64,000 nt of DNA from Candidatus Palauibacter denitrificans (lineage in GTDB: Bacteria > Gemmatimonadota > Gemmatimonadetes > Palauibacterales > Palauibacteraceae): assembly GCA_009841015.1 (NCBI GenBank), contig VXMQ01000009.1:9942-73941 (forward strand), read 5' to 3'. The notes under the pieces were generated by a model, which was given only the letters and a program-made list of their open reading frames with translations, was not told where the DNA came from and searched no databases. This document shows, piece after piece, positions 47,321 to 53,883 of this stretch. The position numbers and the translations under genes were made by a program. Numbering within the stretch: the stretch's first letter is position 1; each line of letters begins with the position of its first letter.

Positions 47321-48543
47321 GCGGCATACTCGTGGATGTGGGCGTGGATGACGTCCCCGATAGCGGCGGCGAGGCCGACTGGCACGGCGTTACCGATGTG
47401 CCGGCCGACGCGGGCGAACCACACCGGGTCACCGGGTGCAGTGAAGGCGTATCTTGCCGGGAAACTCTGCAGTAGAGCTGCTTCGCGGAGGGAAATCGCG
47501 CGGTCCTGCTCCGGGTGGCCGAATCGGCCGCGACCGAAGGAAAAACACCCCGTAGTCAGCGTGGGAGAAGGCTTGTCCCACTCCATGCGCCCGTAGACGT
47601 TCTTGTAGCTGGCGCCCGTGCTTCGCTGGTGGCATGGCGATACAAGGTCTGGATCATCCCATTCGGACCATGTCTTACCGGGCTTCGCCGCGCGGATTCG
47701 CCGGAGGTTTACCGGTGAGAGCCTCGACGAACGGTGCAACCCGTCCTCTGCGTCCACGTCCCCGGCATCAAGAGCGGGCATGTGCGCTATGGCGTCGCGA
47801 ACCGATGCGCGCTCGGCGACCGTGGAGGCCGGAACGTCGATGGGGCCCATCTTGGAGGCAACGACCACAAGGCGGCTGCGATCCTGCGGAACGCCGTAGT
47901 CTGCGGCGTTCACCACTTCGGCCGACACGTCGTATCCTGCGCCCTCCAGTCGCTCCAGAAACCCGTCGAACACCCGCCGCCCAGCGAAAGACCTGAGGCG
48001 CGGCACGTTCTCCATCGATATCACTTCAGGTTTGACAACCCCGATTCGATCCATGAAGAGGTCGACAAGCGACCATTTGTCTCGGGGTTTACCCGGTCCG
48101 GCGCTATAAGAGGAAAAGGGCGTACAAGGAGCACATCCGACCAGAATGCGGCGGGACCCCTCCGGAAAAAGCGATGCGACCTGCTCGCCGGACACCTCCT
48201 CCAGCGGCCGTCCCACGAAGGTCGCCTCGTTGTTCGTTTCGAAGGCGTACCGGCACGTTTCGTCGGCGTCCACTCCCGCGACGACATTGAGGCCGGCCCG
48301 GCGCAGTCCATGGCTCAGGCCTCCGATACCGCAGAAGAGATCGACGACAGCCCACTCGGACACGGTCGATTGAACCACGCTGGATTCTCCCGGGCAGCCA
48401 GGGGACACGGCCTCGCGCGAGAGCGGTTCCCCATCTGGGGCCGGGTCGAGCCGCGCAATCTCAGCTCTCGTGTCATTCACGTCATTCAACCGTCGTTCTC
48501 CGTCGGTCGCTTTCCGAGCAGGTAAGTGCAGAACGCGGCGCAA
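47317..48543 (-). CDS. dcm: DNA (cytosine-5)-methyltransferase
   Basis: Motif I VDLFCGIGGLSHG, motif IV GCAPCTPFS, motif VI SMENVPRL, plus QSFP and GNAVPV. The start is uncertain: TTG 48543 (58-nt overlap with the upstream gene) or GTG 48480 (5 nt after its stop). Confidence 0.93.
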   Translation of the reverse strand: MRRVLHLPARKATDGERRLNDVNDTRAEIARLDPAPDGEPLSREAVSPGCPGESSVVQSTVSEWAVVDLFCGIGGLSHGLRRAGLNVVAGVDADETCRYAFETNNEATFVGRPLEEVSGEQVASLFPEGSRRILVGCAPCTPFSSYSAGPGKPRDKWSLVDLFMDRIGVVKPEVISMENVPRLRSFAGRRVFDGFLERLEGAGYDVSAEVVNAADYGVPQDRSRLVVVASKMGPIDVPASTVAERASVRDAIAHMPALDAGDVDAEDGLHRSSRLSPVNLRRIRAAKPGKTWSEWDDPDLVSPCHQRSTGASYKNVYGRMEWDKPSPTLTTGCFSFGRGRFGHPEQDRAISLREAALLQSFPARYAFTAPGDPVWFARVGRHIGNAVPVGLAAAIGDVIHAHIHEYAA

Positions 48544-49484
48544 GCCGGAATCATGAACGCGGCTTCCGCTCGCCCAAGTCGGTCACTCGTGTCGGCCCCC
48601 CCGTGCCGTACTCCTGGCTCGTTAGAAGCCCACCCGAAGAGCTTCTCCATTGCGGAACAGAATGCCGGGTGAGTGTTCCAGTCCCTCTGCATCGTTTCGA
48701 GAATCGTGCCAAGCGGAGCCTTTCCGGGGACCAAACTCTTCGCCAGAGACTCAACCGCCGAGATACTCTCGTGCACGCTCTCTCGCCATTGCCCATCTCG
48801 CAACAACTCCTCGGCACGCCGCAAGTGCCCGCCCGCAGCAGGGTGCTCAGCCTCTGTAAGGCTCCGGCGCGCTTGCTCGATGGCGTGCCGTTCCTGCGCG
48901 TTGGCGGCGAAAATTATCGTCGGCGAGCCGTCCGTGTCGACGAAGTACGGCACGCCGTCCTCGTTGAACGCCGCCTTGACGTTCTGGATAAACGACGGGG
49001 GGCACTGCTCGTGTCTCATAGCTTCTTCCAGCAGGTCTAGAAGACGATTGCCCGGTGCGCCAACGAAGAATGGCCCAAATGCCTCAAGTACCTTTTCAAC
49101 GGCCGTGCCGCGATGTCCAAGGAAAGCGTCGTGGGCGGCAAGGTTGTCGCTTGAAACGCAGAGGTGCCTTTGTGCAAGCCGGGTGGCGATCTGTTCCCAT
49201 CCGCCCGCGAGAAGAACCGGTGCGTACGTTCCCGTCGCGGGGTCGGCTACGGCTGCTTGGCGTGTGGTTTCGGCGAATAGGCCCCAGAGGCCCAGCCGTA
49301 CGTGAGCTTGCAACTCCGCTGGCCCGGGACGACCGCGCGGTTTCTCCAGTCCGTCTGCCTGCGAGGACGGGGTCTCGCGGGAGTCAGGGCCCACGAAGCC
49401 GTCGGTCATTGAATCGCCGCTCGTAGGCGCGGGGTCCGAGCCGGCCTCGCCGGCACCTGGCCGCCGTCTATCGCCGGTTCTCAT
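48486..49484 (-). CDS. Hypothetical helical protein, HEPN / Abi_C-like C-terminal region (tentative)
   Basis: ATG 49484 shares ATGA with the helicase stop. The C-terminal ESISAVESLAK...FGWASNEPGVRHGG resembles the E-[ST]-x-x-K ... RN-x5-HG layout of Abi_C/HEPN domains, but the Arg position reads Ser. Confidence 0.45.
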   Translation of the reverse strand: MRTGDRRRPGAGEAGSDPAPTSGDSMTDGFVGPDSRETPSSQADGLEKPRGRPGPAELQAHVRLGLWGLFAETTRQAAVADPATGTYAPVLLAGGWEQIATRLAQRHLCVSSDNLAAHDAFLGHRGTAVEKVLEAFGPFFVGAPGNRLLDLLEEAMRHEQCPPSFIQNVKAAFNEDGVPYFVDTDGSPTIIFAANAQERHAIEQARRSLTEAEHPAAGGHLRRAEELLRDGQWRESVHESISAVESLAKSLVPGKAPLGTILETMQRDWNTHPAFCSAMEKLFGWASNEPGVRHGGADTSDRLGRAEAAFMIPACAAFCTYLLGKRPTENDG

Positions 49485-52400
49485 GTCCCGTCCTCCGCTG
49501 CTCCTAGCACTTCGCCGACGGAGATGTTCCAGCGGCTCGTGATCGTTGCGATCAAGCGGTTGAAGGGGTCTCGAATGCATACAAGCTGCGGGTTGGAGGC
49601 CGCGCAACCGTAGACCACGTAGAGCCAGAACTCGTCGCCCAGGTGGCAGGCAGCCCTCCACTCGTTGTCCTCCATGCGAATCTCGGCTCGGCCCGCGCGG
49701 CCCTTGACCTCGATGTGCCGCTTGCTGCCGTCGGGCCGCGTCGCGAGCAGGTCGAAGCCCGGGTAGTCGCCCAGGCCCGCTGCCCGTGCTCCGCTCGGTC
49801 GGGAGACGTCCACCACGGTAGCCCTCCGTGCGCGCTCCCACTCGGAGGCGATGCGCATGGCGGTCGCCTCGACGCGCGCGTCAAAGGCCTCGATGTCTTC
49901 GTCGCCGCGGGGCGGGAGGGCGATCGCCAACGCGCGGAAGCGAGGCTCCCCGGGAACGATCCGTCGCGCTGCGCCCTCGAGTTCCTGGACGGCGACCGAC
50001 CGCTCCAGACGGAGGTTGGCCTGTTCCTGCTTCACAGCGTCCAGGTCTTCCGGGTCTGCGTCGGGGTCGCGCGACAGTGCCGAACGACGGCTGGCGGCCT
50101 CCGCCGCTCGCAGGTTGAGGCTTAGCGTGATTCGCGCCCGGCGCTCGGGAATCGCGTCGCGAACCATCTCGCGCCGGGCCTCGGCCACGCGCTGCGCCTC
50201 CTTGTGCAGGTAAGCGTTTGTTTCCGCGCGCAGGGTGACGGCCCGGGTCGCGAGCGGGACAGTACCAGGGGGCACATGCCGCGCCTCCTGGAGGAACGCG
50301 AGGTATTCGAGAGGCAACGGGGCGATCCGGCCGTCCTCGCCTTGTCGGAGACAGTTGATCCGCTGCTCCAATGTCCGGCGTGCTCGGACATCGGGGGCGG
50401 TCTCATCCTCCGCCTCCTCCAGCACGGCCAGTTCACCGAGGTGAACGAGGTAGGGGTCTTCGGCCTTGGGGTCGATGAAGATCGCCCCGCGCTGGGCGTC
50501 TCTCTCGCAAATCGCCAGGACGCGGGCGCACAGAGCGTCGAAAACGGGTTCGCCGGGGTGGAGCCAGATGCACGGCTCGTCGCCTTCGGGACGCCGCACG
50601 CGCAGGCCGTCTCGGGCCTCGGGCGGATAGGCTTCCAATGCGGGGAGCAGCGGATCCAGCGCGCGCCCGCGGTTTGGAACGAGCGCGAACACATCGTTCA
50701 GGTCGCCGAAAACGTCGAGTCCCAGCAGCGGTGCCGACCGTTCCACGAACCGCAACACCCACGCGGGGAGCAGGTGCAGGTAGCGTTCGCGCTCCATCTC
50801 GCCGCGCAGTGTGCCCAGGCGGCGGGACACGTCGCCGCCTGGACCGTAGTGGTGCGCGTCGTCCTCCTCGATGCCGCGCACCTCATCGCTGCCGAGTCCG
50901 GACATTCGATCGCGCGCCCGCCGCTCCCCCTCGTCCGTCAGCGTGTCGCGCATGTATTCGACTAGCGAACGGTTCTCGAACATCCGCCCGATCACGTCAA
51001 AGACCTTGTCCGACCGCAGCTCCCGGCGGATCGCCTCCAGCCTCTCCAGCAGCACTTTGAGGACGCGTCCCTCCCGCGTGTCGGTGGAGACGAGGTTGAA
51101 GATGCGGACGTCGTGTTCCTGTCCGTAGCGGTGGATGCGACCCATACGCTGCTCGAGACGGGCCGGGTTCCACGGGATGTCGTAGTTCACCATCAACCGG
51201 CAGAACTGGAGATTAATCCCCTCCCCGGCGGCGTCGGTCGCGACCAGGAAGCGGGCGCCGGATGGATCCCGGAAGCGCTCCACCGCCTCCTCCCGCTCGG
51301 GCCAGCCCATGCCGCCGTGGATCGTGGCCACCCGGCCCGCGTGCCCCAACGCCTCCAGACGCCGCACAAGGTAGTCGGCGGTGTCGCGGTGCTCGCTGAA
51401 CACGAGCCACTTCTCCTCCGCGTACTCGGGACTCTCCAGCAGTTCACGCAGCCGCTCGAACTTCGACTCCCGTCCCGAATCGATGAGGTGGCGCGCACGG
51501 TCCCTGAGGTCGCGCAGCGTCTCGATTTCCTCCCGCAGCTCCTCGACGGTGACCGCGACGACCGCGCCGAGTACCGCGTCCTCGTAAGCCTCGCTTCGCT
51601 CTCGTCGCCGGTCGTCGGGCTGGTCATCGGCCGAGTCGAATGTGTCGAAGAAATCCGCATCGAATTGCCGGTCGAGCCCCGCCTGACGCCGTCCGAGCGA
51701 GGCTGCGTCGATGCGCCCAGTCTCGAGATCGGCGATCAATGCCTTGACCTTTTGGATGCGGCGCTCCAGAGACGTGAGCAGCGCCCACGTCGAACTGGCC
51801 AGCCGTCGCTGGAACACGCCCATGGCGAGCTTGACGGCCTGCCGGTTGTCCATGGCCCGGCCGTACGAGCCGAGCAGGTACTCCGTCGTGCGGTCGTACA
51901 GCGCCCGCTCGCCGTCCGGCCCCTCCGTGAGGTCGTAGCCGAACGTGTCGCAGCGGCGGTTGCGGAAGATCGGCTGACCGTTGAAGTCGACCATCTCCTC
52001 CTTGGTGCGGCGAATGAAGTGGCGCGACCGATCCTCGGGCGGGAAGCGCCGCCACGCCTCCTCCGCGCCGAACACGCGGTGGTCCAGGAGCCGCCACAGA
52101 TGATGGTACGGGGAGTCCTTCCCCATGTGGGGCGTGGCCGTCAGGAGCAGGAGGTGATGCGCCGACCACTTGAGGGACGCCCAGTCGGGCTCCGTCGAGC
52201 CCCCGTTCCCGCGCCGGAGGCGCATCCGTCCCGGCGTACCGGACGAACACCCCGCCAAGGCCTCGGCGAGCTTGTAGCGCTGGGTCTTGTCGGTGCGACC
52301 GCCCGAGGTCGTGGCGCTCAGCTTGTGCGCCTCGTCAAAGACTACGAGGTCGTAGGGTGTCGTGCCCGGCTCGGTCAGCCTCCCGAACGCCGCGCCGCCC

Positions 52401-53128
52401 CGCAACGTGTCGAGCGAAACGACAACGCGGTCGCCACCGGATCCGGCGAACGGATTTCCGGCCCGGGCGTCGTCCCCTGACACGATGCGGAAGTCGAGCC
52501 GGAACAGAGTACGGAGTTCGCGCTCCCAGTTGCCCACGAGCCCAGCCGGAGGGACGACCAGCACGCGCCGGATTCGTCCGCGCATGAGCATCTCGCGAAC
52601 GTAGAGTCCGGTCATGATCGTCTTACCCGCGCCCGCGTCGTCCGCGAGCAGGAAGCGGAGTGGTTCCTGTTTGAGCATGTGCTCGTAGACCGCGATCCGC
52701 TGGTGGGGCAGGGGATGGATGCGCGAGATCTCGCTCGCGAATGCCGGATTGAACTGGTAGCCGTGCGTCAGCCGGAGCCCCTCCACAAAGAGGGAGAGCC
52801 GGTCCGGGTCACCGTTGAAGTCGAGGAACGGCGGATCGCGGACGTCCTGGCTCGCCTCTCGGATCACGTGGGTCCCGTCGCCGTATCGGGGGCGGTGCCG
52901 AGCCATGTCCAGCGCATGTTGCTCCTCCAGTTCGTCCAGACGTCGCAACGCGAGTCTCCTCGGGCTAGACTGCCCCGTCTCCCACCGGTGGACCGTGATG
53001 ACCGATACGCCGAGTCGCTTGGCGAAGCCCTCCTGGGTGAGCCTCAACCCGCGTCGAAGGCGACGAACGCGAGCCGGGATCGTCGGGCCTGCCGGGTCCG
53101 AATGCGACGCATCGAAATGTGAGGACAT
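49481..53128 (-). CDS. HTH(XRE)-SNF2 family helicase with a C-terminal DUF3883 (restriction-endonuclease-like) domain
   Basis: Internal ATG at 53128. HTH LRLTQEGFAKRLGVSVITVHRWETGQSSP. Helicase motifs LLADDAGAGKT, VVFDEAHKL, LLTATPHMG and QRMGRIHRYGQ. DUF3883-like GFDLLATRPDGSKRHIEVKGRAG...EFWLYVVYGC. The track ORF extension 53129-53464 is antisense to the Phd gene and was rejected. Confidence 0.9.
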   Translation of the reverse strand: MSSHFDASHSDPAGPTIPARVRRLRRGLRLTQEGFAKRLGVSVITVHRWETGQSSPRRLALRRLDELEEQHALDMARHRPRYGDGTHVIREASQDVRDPPFLDFNGDPDRLSLFVEGLRLTHGYQFNPAFASEISRIHPLPHQRIAVYEHMLKQEPLRFLLADDAGAGKTIMTGLYVREMLMRGRIRRVLVVPPAGLVGNWERELRTLFRLDFRIVSGDDARAGNPFAGSGGDRVVVSLDTLRGGAAFGRLTEPGTTPYDLVVFDEAHKLSATTSGGRTDKTQRYKLAEALAGCSSGTPGRMRLRRGNGGSTEPDWASLKWSAHHLLLLTATPHMGKDSPYHHLWRLLDHRVFGAEEAWRRFPPEDRSRHFIRRTKEEMVDFNGQPIFRNRRCDTFGYDLTEGPDGERALYDRTTEYLLGSYGRAMDNRQAVKLAMGVFQRRLASSTWALLTSLERRIQKVKALIADLETGRIDAASLGRRQAGLDRQFDADFFDTFDSADDQPDDRRRERSEAYEDAVLGAVVAVTVEELREEIETLRDLRDRARHLIDSGRESKFERLRELLESPEYAEEKWLVFSEHRDTADYLVRRLEALGHAGRVATIHGGMGWPEREEAVERFRDPSGARFLVATDAAGEGINLQFCRLMVNYDIPWNPARLEQRMGRIHRYGQEHDVRIFNLVSTDTREGRVLKVLLERLEAIRRELRSDKVFDVIGRMFENRSLVEYMRDTLTDEGERRARDRMSGLGSDEVRGIEEDDAHHYGPGGDVSRRLGTLRGEMERERYLHLLPAWVLRFVERSAPLLGLDVFGDLNDVFALVPNRGRALDPLLPALEAYPPEARDGLRVRRPEGDEPCIWLHPGEPVFDALCARVLAICERDAQRGAIFIDPKAEDPYLVHLGELAVLEEAEDETAPDVRARRTLEQRINCLRQGEDGRIAPLPLEYLAFLQEARHVPPGTVPLATRAVTLRAETNAYLHKEAQRVAEARREMVRDAIPERRARITLSLNLRAAEAASRRSALSRDPDADPEDLDAVKQEQANLRLERSVAVQELEGAARRIVPGEPRFRALAIALPPRGDEDIEAFDARVEATAMRIASEWERARRATVVDVSRPSGARAAGLGDYPGFDLLATRPDGSKRHIEVKGRAGRAEIRMEDNEWRAACHLGDEFWLYVVYGCAASNPQLVCIRDPFNRLIATITSRWNISVGEVLGAAEDGT

Positions 53129-53251
53129 GGCGCCAAGGTCGCCTACCTTCGACCTCTCGTCAAGCCAGGGTCGCGCCCGCTTCGCGTGTAACCTATCATT
53201 TGTTATGTTTCGAGCGACGCTAGATTCACGTGCGCGGCGAAACGGTTGGCC

Positions 53252-53275
53252 GCGATACGGCGAGGCGATACGGCG
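53252..53275 (+). promoter_or_regulatory. Tandem 11-nt direct repeat upstream of the Phd/YefM gene (candidate operator)
   Basis: gcgatacggcg occurs at 53252-53262 and again at 53265-53275 (13-nt period), 26 nt before ATG 53301. Confidence 0.3.
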
Positions 53276-53300
53276 GCTCCACACAGGATCGAGGGAATCG

Positions 53301-53546
53301 ATGCGCACGGTTGAAATCCATGACGCCCGGAAGCACCTGTCCCGCCTCGTCCAGGAGGCGGCGGACGGCGACCCGTTCGTCATCACGCGGGACGGCAGGC
53401 CGTTGGTCGAGGTGGTGTCGATCAGCACGCCGGGGCCCGCGACGGCTCGCCGAACCGGATTCATGGTCGGCGAAATCGCAGTTCCGCCGGACTTCGATCG
53501 AATGGGATCGACGGAGATCGAGGCGCTGTTCGACGCCGATCCGTAG
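53301..53546 (+). CDS. Phd/YefM-family type II antitoxin (VapB-like), no cognate toxin gene
   Basis: MRTVEIHDARKHLSRLVQEAADGDPFVITRDGRPLVEVVSI and a C-terminal VPPDFDRMGSTEIEALF tail. GAGGGA lies 5 nt upstream of the ATG. It is followed only by 16 nt before a convergent gene. Confidence 0.8.
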   Translation: MRTVEIHDARKHLSRLVQEAADGDPFVITRDGRPLVEVVSISTPGPATARRTGFMVGEIAVPPDFDRMGSTEIEALFDADP

Positions 53547-53562
53547 CCTGGCCGGGTCGGGG

Positions 53563-53883
53563 TCAGCCGCCGCTGACGGCGGGGAGGACCACGAGTTCGG
53601 CGCCATCGGTGACGGGGGTGTCCAGGCCGCTCAGGAAGCGGATGTTCTCGCCGTCCACGAAGATGTTCACGTGAGGCCGCAGGTGGCCGCGTTCCGTGAT
53701 CAGGCGGTCGCGGACGCCGGGGTGGGCGGCGCCGAGTGCGGCCAGGATATCCCCGACCGGGGCGGGCGCGCCGGGGACATCGACCGTGGAGCGCCCGCCC
53801 GTGAACTCCGTCAGCGCGGCGGGCAGCGTCACGCGCACGAGGCCGGCGGCAGGCGTCCCGGCGGCCAGCGTCCCTGCGGACAT
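53563..53883 (-). CDS. MoaD/ThiS-family ubiquitin-like sulfur carrier protein
   Basis: 106 aa ending in VLPAVSGG (C-terminal Gly-Gly). ATG 53883 overlaps the upstream stop (TGATG). Confidence 0.8.
   Translation of the reverse strand: MSAGTLAAGTPAAGLVRVTLPAALTEFTGGRSTVDVPGAPAPVGDILAALGAAHPGVRDRLITERGHLRPHVNIFVDGENIRFLSGLDTPVTDGAELVVLPAVSGG

Larger units (their letters stand above)
33046..53300. other. Accessory (defence-type) island, ~20.3 kb, no recognisable mobility genes
   Basis: Flanked by housekeeping genes. All 11-12 genes inside have conflict-system domain signatures. Spot GC counts are 53-58% in several lines (34621, 42001, 44401, 46021) against 70-77% in flanks and in parts of the island. 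Confidence 0.7.

Noticed and set aside
53129-53464. N-terminal extensions of track ORFs: helicase 49481..53464, DUF499 37195..40656, epimerase 4549..6195, dehydrogenase 9479..11314, SurA-like 16403..18043, holB 11453..13015 and the terminal gene 36183..37370.
   Set aside because: The extensions are low-complexity and overlap neighbouring real genes. Each is followed by an internal ATG or GTG that gives the expected family N-terminus, often with a 4-nt start/stop overlap.
53547-53562. Expected a VapC/Doc-type toxin downstream of the Phd/YefM antitoxin.
   Set aside because: Only 16 nt separate the antitoxin stop from the convergent MoaD gene. No PIN-like ORF exists on either strand nearby.
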